Shown piece by piece: positions 48,584-58,728 of a DNA stretch of 64,000 bases. Position 1 is the stretch's first letter; the number at the start of each line of letters is the position of its first letter. The translations under genes and the position numbers were made by a program. The notes under the pieces are model-generated. The model was given only the letters and a program-made list of their open reading frames with translations. It was not told where the DNA came from and did no database searches. Source of the stretch: Trueperaceae bacterium (lineage in GTDB: Bacteria > Deinococcota > Deinococci > Deinococcales > Trueperaceae); the NCBI GenBank assembly GCA_020431825.1, contig JAGQHN010000008.1:6167-70166 (forward strand). The letters are read 5' to 3'.

Positions 48584-50084
48584 GCAGTTTCCCCTTTAAA
48601 TGGTCTGCCACTCGCAGCGCCTGCGCCGCTATGGTAAGGGCAGGGTTCATAGCAGTAGAAGACGGGAAGAATGAGCCATCTACTACATATAAATTATCGA
48701 CTTCCCAGGCTCTGCAAAAGGGGTCAAGCACTGAGGTTTCTGGGTCATTACCAAAGCGAATAGTGCCGCACTGGTGCGAATTGGTAGCAATTCCCATACG
48801 CTCAGCAATCACAATCGGATACCCTGCCTGACGCATCATGGTTTTGGCAGCCTCAATCAGCTTTTCATGGGCCACCAGATTATTGGCTTGCCAGCGTACA
48901 ATAATGCGGCCATCGCTGCCCAGCGTGACACGGTTTTCCGGGTCGGGCAGATCTTCTGACATGACCCACCAGTCAACGCTGCGATTAGCCATGGCCTGCA
49001 AAATAGGCTTGGGCATAAAAGGTTTGGACGCTGCCAACATACCGGCCTGCAACTTGCCAAGTGCCTGAATATTGCCCATAGGGTAATTAAATTCAGGGCC
49101 TTTAAAATAATAATCGTTAATAGCAGTGGTTTTTTGAAAAACGGTCGGGTTAGCTAAGAAAGGGTTTACTGCCATAAGCGCAGTATTGTTATGCACCATA
49201 TAATTTCTGCCTACAAGTCCGGTTTTATTTGCCAGTCCCTCAGGGTGAGCGCTATTTGCCGAACGAAGCAACAAGGCAGTTGAGTTAACCGTGCCACAGG
49301 CGGAAATAACAATATCGGCGCTTACCTGCACCGTTTCACCCTCTTTTTCAACTTCAACGCCTGCTATACGCCTGCCATCTAACGTGGTGATGAGGCGTTT
49401 GACAAAACTTTTTGTCCAGAGGGTGACATCTGGACTTTCCAAAGCCGGACGAACCACACAGGTATCAGCGTCGCTTTTGGCGAGCACTTTACAGGGAAAA
49501 CCATCACAGGTTTTACAGCGGATACAGCGGCCCCCATCTCGCAGGTCAATCCCCATTGGGTAAGAAAAAGGATGCAGACCTTGTGCCCGCAATTTATCTA
49601 TAAGCTTTGCTATATAGGGTTCATGAGGAACGGCTGGAAAAGGAAAATCCGTAGAACGTGGAGGTTCAGTGGGGTCTTCACCAACTGTGCCGTGTACCCG
49701 GAAAAGTTTTTCCGCTTCTGTGTAGTAGGGCTCTAAATCTTCATAGGAAATAGGCCAGGCAGGCGAGGTGCCCCCTTCATGCTCGAGTACCTCAAAATCC
49801 TGTTCGCGAAAACGCGGTAAGGCGGCTCCATAAACCTTGGTGTTTCCGCCCACATAGTAGTGAACACCTGGTTTAAACGCTTCACCCGTATGGCTGTACC
49901 ACGCTTCTTCAGGCTTATAGCGGTTTTCCTTAAAGACCGATTCGACCTGCCAGTTTTCTTTTTCCTGCGGTAAGAAGTCACCACGCTCGAGGATGAGGAT
50001 TTTTGCACCCGCATCTTTTAGAGCATAAGCTAAGGTTCCGCCACCAGCCCCCGTTCCAATGATGATGATATCGTACTCATTCAT
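48576..50084 (-). CDS. GMC family oxidoreductase
   Basis: FAD motif YDIIIIGTGAGGG. C-terminal GMC pattern (HQCGTIRFG, DGSFFPSS). Confidence 0.8.
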   Translation of the reverse strand: MNEYDIIIIGTGAGGGTLAYALKDAGAKILILERGDFLPQEKENWQVESVFKENRYKPEEAWYSHTGEAFKPGVHYYVGGNTKVYGAALPRFREQDFEVLEHEGGTSPAWPISYEDLEPYYTEAEKLFRVHGTVGEDPTEPPRSTDFPFPAVPHEPYIAKLIDKLRAQGLHPFSYPMGIDLRDGGRCIRCKTCDGFPCKVLAKSDADTCVVRPALESPDVTLWTKSFVKRLITTLDGRRIAGVEVEKEGETVQVSADIVISACGTVNSTALLLRSANSAHPEGLANKTGLVGRNYMVHNNTALMAVNPFLANPTVFQKTTAINDYYFKGPEFNYPMGNIQALGKLQAGMLAASKPFMPKPILQAMANRSVDWWVMSEDLPDPENRVTLGSDGRIIVRWQANNLVAHEKLIEAAKTMMRQAGYPIVIAERMGIATNSHQCGTIRFGNDPETSVLDPFCRAWEVDNLYVVDGSFFPSSTAMNPALTIAAQALRVADHLKGKLRA

Positions 50085-51205
50085 ACCTCAGTCCAGTTTC
50101 CTTGCTTTGCAGCTCGAGCCGCCGCTTCCATAATAGCCTGCACATGCAGGCCATCGGCAAAGTTGGGGCTGCCGTCACGGTCTTCCCAGATAGCTTTTAA
50201 AAACTGATACTGACACTCGGCGTGGGTGCGCACAAAACCTGTTGGCATACTGCCATCCGGTGCTTTTTGTCCTGGGTAACGGCCTATGGTCTCGAGCTTT
50301 TTGAAACCACGCATAGTGCCACTATCCCGAACATCATAGACTTCTAAGTAGCTGGGGTCTTCGGCATTAAAGCGAATGCTACCCTTATCACCATAAATCT
50401 CAAAAAGACACTCGTTATTCACACCTGTGCCCATCCTCGAGATTTCAATGTGACCCAGGGTACCACTGGCTAACCTGGCCGTAATCAGGGCAAAATCATC
50501 AACATCTACGGGGCCTTTTTCGGTAGAGCCTGCCTTAATAGGTCGTTCTTTAATCAGCGTATCAAGATTAGCTTGAACCGAGGCAAAGGGGCCCAGCAGA
50601 TAGTAAAGCAAATCAATGATATGAGAGCCCAGATCAAACAGGGCGCCGCCGCCAGACACGTCTTTGCTGAGTCGCCAGGACAGCGGTTTTTCCGGGTCGA
50701 TGTAACTCGAGCGGTAATACCTGCCCCGAAAGGAAAACACCCGCCCTAAAAAGCCCGCTTCGATGAGTTCTTTAGCACGTAAAATCGCAGGGAAAAAGCG
50801 AAAATTAAAGGTCATCTGCGTTTTGACGCCTGCTGCTTGTACGGCGTCCAGCATTTCCTGCGCCTCTAAAAGATTCATGGCCAGCGGTTTTTCACAGTAG
50901 ATGTGTTTACCTGCTTTAGCAGCTGCCAGGATAATGTCTTTATGCGCACTATTGGGTGTGCAGCAGTCAATCAGGTCAATGTCAGGGCACTCGAGGAGTT
51001 CATGGTAATTGGCAGTATAAAGCTCACAGCCGATTTCTTTAGCGGCTTTTTCAGCGGTTTCGGCTCGAGTCGTTGCCACCGCAGCAAGATTGACCAAACG
51101 GGCAGGCAAGCCATAAGTAAACGGGATATCGCGGTAGGCCATGGCATGGACCCGACCTATGCCACCGTAACCTATGAGCGCAATATTGAGGGGGCGCTCA
51201 GACAT
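50081..51205 (-). CDS. Gfo/Idh/MocA family oxidoreductase
   Basis: LNIALIGYGGIG Rossmann N-terminus and CEKPLA motif. Confidence 0.8.
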   Translation of the reverse strand: MSERPLNIALIGYGGIGRVHAMAYRDIPFTYGLPARLVNLAAVATTRAETAEKAAKEIGCELYTANYHELLECPDIDLIDCCTPNSAHKDIILAAAKAGKHIYCEKPLAMNLLEAQEMLDAVQAAGVKTQMTFNFRFFPAILRAKELIEAGFLGRVFSFRGRYYRSSYIDPEKPLSWRLSKDVSGGGALFDLGSHIIDLLYYLLGPFASVQANLDTLIKERPIKAGSTEKGPVDVDDFALITARLASGTLGHIEISRMGTGVNNECLFEIYGDKGSIRFNAEDPSYLEVYDVRDSGTMRGFKKLETIGRYPGQKAPDGSMPTGFVRTHAECQYQFLKAIWEDRDGSPNFADGLHVQAIMEAAARAAKQGNWTEV

Positions 51206-51999
51206 TAGTTTTTAAGCCCGTTTTCGTTACGGTACTTATTGCTGGCGTCAGTCATGACACTACGCAGCTTCTGCACCGCAGCCTTAATCTCACCCGTTCC
51301 AGGCTGTAATTTGCCACCAGGGCCTTTTAAGAGCGGCGAGGAAAACTCACCTACCGTCATGCCGACTTCAATAAAGTCACTGACATTTCCAGCATTTAGC
51401 CCGCCGTCCTCCATCAGTTCGATGCGGTCTTCCATACCTGCTTCTTTAATCATCTGATGCAGTTTGTGTACGGTTTGAACCACGATAGGGTCAATGGTAT
51501 GTGGGCTTTTACCAGCCACGGGCTTTACCCAGAACGGTGCACGGCACTCATACTCAATAATGTCTACATAAGGGTGAATGAACTGTTCAAACGCAGTGGC
51601 AGGCACACCTTGCCAGGCCCAGACACCCACTTTAAGCTCGAGCTTTTCCTTTATGTAGGTTATATCCTGAAAGATTTTTTCGTAAGTGGTTTCAATGGGC
51701 AAACTGATTAAATTTACTCCCAAGTCTTTTAGCTGGTCAAAAACATCAAAACTGGGGCGGTGCATCTGAAGCTGAGCTTCAATTTCCAGGTTGCTGCTTT
51801 TACGCACCCCTTCAATAATGTCAAAGCCGCCTCTGGGCATACCAAAGTCCATATATTTTCCGTCGCGCACTTCGATATGCAGCCAGTCAACCCCAGCCTC
51901 TTCCAGGTCTTTGACCTGCGCGCCCAGCACCGAGTAATCGGCCCAGAAAAGTCCGGCGGCAATCTTGCACTGTTGGCTTACTTTACCTATCGTATTCAT
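51205..51999 (-). CDS. ribulose-phosphate 3-epimerase-like protein
   Basis: DWLHIEVRDGKY resembles the RPE HxDxMDG motif, with Glu in place of Asp. GGAGGA ribosome-binding site before the ATG at 51999; the ORF-track start at 52089 is probably too long. Confidence 0.6.
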   Translation of the reverse strand: MNTIGKVSQQCKIAAGLFWADYSVLGAQVKDLEEAGVDWLHIEVRDGKYMDFGMPRGGFDIIEGVRKSSNLEIEAQLQMHRPSFDVFDQLKDLGVNLISLPIETTYEKIFQDITYIKEKLELKVGVWAWQGVPATAFEQFIHPYVDIIEYECRAPFWVKPVAGKSPHTIDPIVVQTVHKLHQMIKEAGMEDRIELMEDGGLNAGNVSDFIEVGMTVGEFSSPLLKGPGGKLQPGTGEIKAAVQKLRSVMTDASNKYRNENGLKN

Positions 52000-52108
52000 A
52001 TATCCTCCGTTGGTTTGAAAGTGTCTGATTTTGTGAGATGAGTTAAGGATAAAGCTGAATAGCCAATAAGCTTCATCCTCAGAAAACACAAAATCTGGTA
52101 CACCGTCA

Positions 52109-53695
52109 CTATAAAGCTTTCAAGTAATCAGCGAGTTTGATAGAAAGGGCTACGATGGTCAGCGTTGGATTGGCGTAACCCCCGGTTGGGAAAATCGAGC
52201 AACCTGCCATATAGAGGTTATTTACCCCGTGCACTCTGGCATCGGCATTGACAATGCCGTCTTCTGGCGTTTCTGACATACGCGTTGCTCCCATATGGTG
52301 GTCACCCGTTGCCAGTGCCGCAGGGTTTTCTGGACCAAAGGTCCAGTTATCAGCGCCGCCGCTTAAGTCAGTAACATAGTCATAAGAAAGGGCACCGTGT
52401 TTACGCAGGAAGTGTTCGGTGAGCTCGAGTGCTCTCACGGCTGTACGTTTATCTTCATATTTTAATTGCCAGTCAAGGTGGCTAACAGGCTGTCCAAAGA
52501 CAGGATCACGTTTTTCCAAATTTAAGCTAATGCTACTGGCCTCATTGGGCACTTGCTCCCAGTTCAAATTGACAATCGCTTCATCAGGCGATAAGAAATA
52601 AAGAACGATGCGAAAATTACCGATTTTTTCTCTGCTGAGCGTTGCTTCGCTGGCTGCTAAAATGCCCCAGGCATTAAAAACATCATAGTCAAAAATATAT
52701 TCCGGGTTAACCAGCGGCATGGCAACGTGTTCGTACACTCCGCCTTTGTCTTTGGGTGGGTTTAAGCGCACTTGCTGTTCTCTAAAAAAGTTTCGAATGT
52801 CGGTGGCAATGCCGTCTTTAAATCTAACTTTAGCAGCATGCGTCAAGAGTGGATGCACCATAAAGCCTCGCCCTAAGTGGTCAGCTTCGTTATTGCCTAA
52901 ATCCCCTGAGAGTTTGAGCATGCGCACATTTTCGATGCCGCCCATTGCAAGAACATAAGAGCTTGCCTCAACACTAAAAGAGAGTCCCTTTTGACCGTTT
53001 TCCAGCGTGGCACAGTGAAGCTGCATAACCTCATCTTGAGAAGCGTTGCTGTCAATCTTCAGGAGATGGGCATTGAATAAAACCGTGATATTTTCGGCGT
53101 CTTTGAGCTCTTCGCCAAACTGAATTTGAAAGTCATGTAAACTTTCTTCGTACTGGGCATGCATAATAGCAGGTTCTAGGGCGTCACCTGCCTGCCCTGG
53201 AAATGAGCGCGCATAAAGCACCCGCTCCCAGAATGCCAGATCATCGTAATTGAAAGGGCCAAAGTGCCCAAATGCATGAGCAGCCTCATAGTAAGGCGTG
53301 AGTTCAGCTAAAGCAAAAGGCCAGCTGGCTTCCCGGTAACCCGGCCGTGGGGAAAAATCCCAGGGGTCAAGTGGACGCGACCAGAAGCCAAAATGATTGG
53401 TTGTGCCACCATACATGTGCAAACGGGAACGGTCTAAAAAGATAGGATCAACTTTTTCAAGAAATGACCCTACCGTTCCCCGATAGATGGACTGCCGTTT
53501 TTCCTCGGGTCGGCCCCTGTCTCTGGCCTGTCCGCTGACTAGCAGAAGCACTTTTTTACCACTGCCTATTAGTCTTTTCGCCATAGGAATGCCAGCAGCC
53601 CCTGCACCGACAATACAAATATCAAAACCAGCCAGACTTTGCCCTGGTGTTAAGGTTTCAGCCTGCTGGTACATAAGCGTCCTGTTGTTTACCAA
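52109..53695 (-). CDS. GMC family oxidoreductase (second paralogue)
   Basis: FDICIVGAGAAG FAD motif and C-terminal HHMGATRM and GCSIFPTGG. Start is either TTG at 53695 or ATG at 53674. Confidence 0.75.
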   Translation of the reverse strand: MVNNRTLMYQQAETLTPGQSLAGFDICIVGAGAAGIPMAKRLIGSGKKVLLLVSGQARDRGRPEEKRQSIYRGTVGSFLEKVDPIFLDRSRLHMYGGTTNHFGFWSRPLDPWDFSPRPGYREASWPFALAELTPYYEAAHAFGHFGPFNYDDLAFWERVLYARSFPGQAGDALEPAIMHAQYEESLHDFQIQFGEELKDAENITVLFNAHLLKIDSNASQDEVMQLHCATLENGQKGLSFSVEASSYVLAMGGIENVRMLKLSGDLGNNEADHLGRGFMVHPLLTHAAKVRFKDGIATDIRNFFREQQVRLNPPKDKGGVYEHVAMPLVNPEYIFDYDVFNAWGILAASEATLSREKIGNFRIVLYFLSPDEAIVNLNWEQVPNEASSISLNLEKRDPVFGQPVSHLDWQLKYEDKRTAVRALELTEHFLRKHGALSYDYVTDLSGGADNWTFGPENPAALATGDHHMGATRMSETPEDGIVNADARVHGVNNLYMAGCSIFPTGGYANPTLTIVALSIKLADYLKAL

Positions 53696-53822
53696 ACTGC
53701 TTTATTTGCCCAAGCACAGATGGCCTCCAAAATAAATAATAGCCAAGTTTAAACAAAAGTGAGCAAAATTTCAAGGACCGTGCAATTGCACACCGGCCCT
53801 GGGTGAGCTAAACTGTGACCTT

Positions 53823-54752
53823 GTGGACGACAAACATCAGTATCTACTGGCGAAAGTAGCTGACTTTTATTACAACCAAGAAAAGACTCAGGGAGCTATT
53901 GGCAAAGAGCTTGGCTTATCCAGAGTAAAAATTTATCGACTGCTTAAAGAAGCCAGAGATAAAGGCGTTGTCCGCATAACGATCAACTGGCCCATAAAAA
54001 CCAATAGTGAACTCGAGCACCGACTAAAAGAACGCTTTGGTCTAACCGATGCCCTTGTTCTAGCAAACAGTCAGGGTTTAAGCGCTTTAGCTGAACTGGC
54101 TGCGCAGTACCTCGAGCAAAACCTAAAGCCTCGCAGCACCTTAGCCATCTGCCTCGGGCGAACCACGCACGCCGTTATCGAAGCCCTTCATCCAGACTAT
54201 CAGGCACATATACGAGTGGTTCAGGCCACCGGGGGTATGTCATCATCTTTGCAGCAGTACGATAGTTCGTCACTGGCAAGGCAACTGGCTGAAAAACTAG
54301 GGGGGGAGGCTATTTACTTACCTTCGCCTGCCATTGCTGATAACCGTGAGGCTGCCCAGGTAATCATGCAGCAAAGCGAAGTTCAGCGTGTCTTGGAAAG
54401 CGCGAGAAAAGCAGATTATGCTCTGGTAGGTATTGGCAATCTTGATCCAAAAAGCTCTAACTTTGTTAAGGCGGGTTTTTTGCAAGAACCTGATGTCCTG
54501 GCCTTAGGTGAAGCAGGCGCCGTAGGTGATATGGCCTGGCATATTTTTGATGCTGGGGGAAATCTGCACCCTAGCAGCTTTAATGAGCAGATTATCGGGA
54601 TATCGCTCGAGGATTTAAAACAAATTCCTGTAACGATTGCTGTGGCTCAAGGTAAGGAAAAAGCTCAGGCCATTCTTGGAGCCTTAAATACAAGAGCCTT
54701 GAGGGTGCTATGCAGCGATGAAGAAACAACCCTTACTCTGCTAGCGCTTTAA
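53823..54752 (+). CDS. SorC/DeoR-type sugar-binding transcriptional regulator
   Basis: N-terminal HTH (TQGAIGKELGLSRVKIYRLLKEARDKGVV) plus a sugar-binding domain. GTG start. Divergent from the long catabolic operon. Confidence 0.8.
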   Translation: MDDKHQYLLAKVADFYYNQEKTQGAIGKELGLSRVKIYRLLKEARDKGVVRITINWPIKTNSELEHRLKERFGLTDALVLANSQGLSALAELAAQYLEQNLKPRSTLAICLGRTTHAVIEALHPDYQAHIRVVQATGGMSSSLQQYDSSSLARQLAEKLGGEAIYLPSPAIADNREAAQVIMQQSEVQRVLESARKADYALVGIGNLDPKSSNFVKAGFLQEPDVLALGEAGAVGDMAWHIFDAGGNLHPSSFNEQIIGISLEDLKQIPVTIAVAQGKEKAQAILGALNTRALRVLCSDEETTLTLLAL

Positions 54753-54753
54753 C

Positions 54754-55728
54754 TCAGGCCGTACCAAATTTTAGCCCCAATTCTCTTAACCACTTGCGGT
54801 AAGCTATGGCTACCCGGTCAGAACGTAAATGCAACTCTGCCTGCAAGTCCAGAGGTAATAGCTCGGGGCGTTGACTCTCCACAATGGCACGGTCTTCTTC
54901 AAAGATTGCCCGGATGCGCGGTTCATAATCGGCTGCTAGAGCCTCGGTGTCCTTCATTGCTGTCGTTGCAACCACAAACCAGGCCGTACTATCTAATTCA
55001 TCATGCGGAGTAACGGTTAGCATCATGCCATTGGTTGCGCCCTTCATATGCTTGGTAAAGTGCGCGGTTAAGGGCCGAAAAGCATGATAGGTATAAGTGA
55101 CTTCTCCAGCACTGTCTCCGTAAGGATTGGGCTGATATACCCGTATAGGGTCAGAGGCAATGCCTTCAGACGTCTGGCGAACCTCGAACTCTCCAAGCAT
55201 GGGTTTATCAGGGTCACCCAGGACATTTTCATGGACAAAAGGAAAGTGGGCAGCGTCCAGATAATTTTCTATGAGTCTGGGGCCATGCGCCTTTAGGTGC
55301 TCATAAGGCCCACACACGGCTTTAGCCATCTGGCTGTTTGGCCATTCAGGAAATGGCGGAACCTCTTTTTCAGGTTGTCCCAGACACACCCATAAGAGAC
55401 CATAAGCTTCTGTTACCAGATAGGTCTTGACAAGAGCCTTGGCAGGAGGCGTTTGCTCCGGATGGGTTGGGATAAAAATGCATTTACCATCCTTATCGTA
55501 GTACCAGCCATGATAGGGACACATAAGGCAGTTGTCTTTTATCTTGCCTAAAGAAAGTTTTGCCCCTCGGTGTATACACAGATCTTGCCAAGCGTAGTAG
55601 TGACCCTGATCTTTCCAGATGACTATATCTTCGCCAAGTAAGCGGCTACCAAAAACGGGCTTTTGCTCGAGCATCTTGACACTGGCTAAAGGGTGCCAGT
55701 CATTTACCAGTACCGGGTCATCAATCAT
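54754..55728 (-). CDS. Rieske (2Fe-2S) non-haem iron oxygenase, alpha-subunit-like
   Basis: CIHRG...CPYHGW Rieske motif. DAAHFPFVH iron-site-like segment. Confidence 0.75.
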   Translation of the reverse strand: MIDDPVLVNDWHPLASVKMLEQKPVFGSRLLGEDIVIWKDQGHYYAWQDLCIHRGAKLSLGKIKDNCLMCPYHGWYYDKDGKCIFIPTHPEQTPPAKALVKTYLVTEAYGLLWVCLGQPEKEVPPFPEWPNSQMAKAVCGPYEHLKAHGPRLIENYLDAAHFPFVHENVLGDPDKPMLGEFEVRQTSEGIASDPIRVYQPNPYGDSAGEVTYTYHAFRPLTAHFTKHMKGATNGMMLTVTPHDELDSTAWFVVATTAMKDTEALAADYEPRIRAIFEEDRAIVESQRPELLPLDLQAELHLRSDRVAIAYRKWLRELGLKFGTA

Positions 55729-55745
55729 GGGCTCAGTCTACCTTG

Positions 55746-56231
55746 CTATAGCACTTTAGCTAAGACATCATCATGAAAAATGGTCTCGAAAACATGCACC
55801 TCGGTCACGCCTATTTTACTAAAGCCTCGAGCCTTGTAAAAAGCCAGTGCCCCCCTGTTCTCCTGCCAAACTTTTACCCATAAGCACTTAGCCTGTAACT
55901 GCCCTGCCCCAGCCACGGCGTCGTCTATGAGCAACTTGCCAAAGCCCATCGCTCTGGCTTCTTTTGAAATATAAAGCTTTTCCAGCTCGAGCCTTTGCTG
56001 GGCTAAACTCCTAAGCTTCAGCAGACCAACCACCTTATTGTCGAATTGAGCAAGGCGGTAGTGCTCGAGTTCAGCCGCTACTTTTTCCTCGCTAAATTGC
56101 TGGGTTAAAAAGCTCTCAAGAACCGCTTGTTTTAAGGCTGGACCATAGGTATCTGTAAAGACCTCTTTGAGTATGGCTACAATCTTTAAAACATCATTCT
56201 TTTGGGCAGGACGTACAAGTTTTGGACTCAC
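55746..56231 (-). CDS. GNAT family N-acetyltransferase
   Basis: 161 aa with an acetyl-CoA motif region (ARAMGFGKLLID). Confidence 0.75.
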   Translation of the reverse strand: MSPKLVRPAQKNDVLKIVAILKEVFTDTYGPALKQAVLESFLTQQFSEEKVAAELEHYRLAQFDNKVVGLLKLRSLAQQRLELEKLYISKEARAMGFGKLLIDDAVAGAGQLQAKCLWVKVWQENRGALAFYKARGFSKIGVTEVHVFETIFHDDVLAKVL

Positions 56232-56341
56232 CTTAAAAGCTATATACCATATTTGTTTTCTGCAGACATTGTGACCAAACTCTTCTTATTATCATAATTA
56301 CCTGATATATCTAGTTTAGAACGTTTTTGAGATGGTTGATT

Positions 56342-57238
56342 ATGAAGCAAAAGCAACTGGGTAAATCAGACCTTTGGATCAGTGAAATTGGGTTTGGCTG
56401 TATGTCGCTTGGCACCAACGAAGCGCAAGCTCTGAACTTACTCGAGCGTGCCTTTGAGCTGGGCATTAGTTTTTTTGATACCGCCGATCTATATGACCGC
56501 GGCCTGAATGAAAAGTTTGTCGGTCGGGCTTTTAAACATAAACGGGAAAAAATAATTCTGGCGACCAAAGTGGGTAACCGCTGGAATGATGATGGCAAAA
56601 GCTGGCGCTGGGACCCTTCACCCGACTGGATTAAAGAAGGGGTTATGGATAGCCTCGAGCGTCTGCAAACTGATTATATTGACCTTTATCAGTTGCATGG
56701 TGGCACCCTGGATGATCCCATTGATGACATTATTGCGACCTTTGAGCAGTTAAGAAATCAGGGAATTATAAGAGCTTATGGCATTTCTTCTATTCGGCCC
56801 AATGTCATACGCGAGTGGCTGAAACGTAGCAAACTTTCTTCTGTCATGATGCAGTACAGCTTGCTTGACCGCCGCCCCGAAGAAACCGTGCTTGATTTGC
56901 TTGCCAAACAAGGCGTGAGCGTTATTGCCAGGGGGCCTGTCGCCAAGGGCCTGCTCTCAGATAAACCTGCCAAAGCCTACCTCGAGCATAGTGAAGCCGA
57001 GCTTGCTACCTTGCAAACCCGGCTTGATGATTTTGTTTTGCCTAATCGCAGTCGCAGCCAGCTGGCTCTGCGCTACGCCCTTGCCCATCCGGCGGTAGCC
57101 AGCGTTATACCAGGGGCCAGTAATCTTAATCAGCTCGAGGAAAATATTGCAGCGCAAACGTCTCCTGACTTAAGCAAAGATGAAGTCTGCGCTCTCAGGA
57201 AATTAGCGCCAGCAGCGGTTTATAGCGACCACCGCTAG
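56342..57238 (+). CDS. aldo/keto reductase
   Basis: [22 protein letters not shown]-terminus, FDTADLYD and IDLYQLHG. Confidence 0.85.
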   Translation: MKQKQLGKSDLWISEIGFGCMSLGTNEAQALNLLERAFELGISFFDTADLYDRGLNEKFVGRAFKHKREKIILATKVGNRWNDDGKSWRWDPSPDWIKEGVMDSLERLQTDYIDLYQLHGGTLDDPIDDIIATFEQLRNQGIIRAYGISSIRPNVIREWLKRSKLSSVMMQYSLLDRRPEETVLDLLAKQGVSVIARGPVAKGLLSDKPAKAYLEHSEAELATLQTRLDDFVLPNRSRSQLALRYALAHPAVASVIPGASNLNQLEENIAAQTSPDLSKDEVCALRKLAPAAVYSDHR

Positions 57239-58251
57239 TTTTCTCGTTCGGTTCGGGTTCTGGGCCAATCGGAAACCTCGTTGAGTGCCTCGAGTTCATG
57301 AGCATCTAAGACCAGATCAGCAGCAGGTAGCAGTTGCTTTAACTGTTCTACACTATTAGCACCAACAATCGGTGCAGTCATATAAGGTTTAGACAATAGC
57401 CATGCCAGAGATACCTGTGCTACATGCGCCTGATGATTGTCCGCGACTTCACGCAAGTTATCTAAAATAGCCCAGTTTTTTTCACTAAAACGACTATCAG
57501 CAATGCCTTTGGCACGTTCGCTATCTGGTAAATCGGCATCTCGCTGATACTTGCCCGTTAAAAAGCCGCCAGAGAGCGGGCTATAAGGAATAACCCCTAC
57601 CCCGTACGTCTCACAGACTCGAGCAATTTCTCTTTCAAATTGTTCACGCACCGGACTGGCAATACTGTACTCAGGCTGAATCGAAACAAAGCGCTCAAAG
57701 CCGTGCTTATCACTGGCCCAAAGCGCTTGCATGAGACGCCAGGCACTAAAATTTGAGCAGCCAATATATCTGACATAACCCTTGCGAACCAGATCTGTTA
57801 GAGCAGACAGCGTTTCTTCTATAGGGATAATAGGGTCAAGCCAGTGCACCTGATAGAGGTCTATATAATCTACTTGTAAGCGCTTTAACGAATCTTCGCA
57901 AGCTCGCATAATCCACTTGCGCGACAAACCTTCACGCTGATGTTTTGTCTGCCGTCCCTCACTGCCCATGTGCCCCATTGGTCCACGAACTTTGGTTGCG
58001 ACCAGCACCGTATCTCTATTTTTTCTCGTCTTGAGCCAGCGACCAATAATTTCTTCAGACACCCCCCCTGGATTGCCAGGTGCCCAGCGACTATAGACAT
58101 CGGCAGTATCAATCAGATTGCCGCCTGCTTCAATATAAGCATCCATAATGTCAAAGCCGGTCTGTTCATCGGCAGTCCAGCCAAACTGCATGGTACCAAG
58201 GGCTAAAGGGTAAACGAAGAGGCCACTGTTTCCAAGTTGTCGGTAGTTCAT
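57235..58251 (-). CDS. aldo/keto reductase
   Basis: [21 protein letters not shown]-terminus, IDTADVYS and IDLYQVHW. Converges on the previous AKR gene with a 4-nt overlap. Confidence 0.85.
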   Translation of the reverse strand: MNYRQLGNSGLFVYPLALGTMQFGWTADEQTGFDIMDAYIEAGGNLIDTADVYSRWAPGNPGGVSEEIIGRWLKTRKNRDTVLVATKVRGPMGHMGSEGRQTKHQREGLSRKWIMRACEDSLKRLQVDYIDLYQVHWLDPIIPIEETLSALTDLVRKGYVRYIGCSNFSAWRLMQALWASDKHGFERFVSIQPEYSIASPVREQFEREIARVCETYGVGVIPYSPLSGGFLTGKYQRDADLPDSERAKGIADSRFSEKNWAILDNLREVADNHQAHVAQVSLAWLLSKPYMTAPIVGANSVEQLKQLLPAADLVLDAHELEALNEVSDWPRTRTEREN

Positions 58252-58728
58252 TTTTTTATTATGACCCTCTCTGTTTGATCTTTTATGTAAGCCAATAAAG
58301 TATCCTTTTGTGAATTAAACTGTAAACCTGACGATCAAAAGCATAGCGCTCGAGCCTCCTCAAAAGCTAAAAAGGATTGAAATTTAAAGTGGTTTCGGCT
58401 ACTATTCCCTGAGCGGTTTTAGGTTACCTGGCGAGTAAAGACTTAAATGTTCCCTTTTTTAGTCTGGTCAGAATACTTTCTGTAGCCTTGGTTTTACCAA
58501 AGGAGTTTAAATGTCCTGCTTTCTCATTTACTGCGTTTAAAGCGCAGCCGGGTCAGACTCGAGCCTGTATCATGAAGCTTTGTTAAGCCAATCCTCACAT
58601 ACCTAATTTTTTAAGGTATACTGCGCCATGACTTTGTTCATGCGCTTACTGGTTTTGCTTATCGGCCTTTAGTCTGACGTTCTAGTTATCTTCTGTAGTT
58701 AAACTCAAAGTTCAAAAAGGAGATTACC

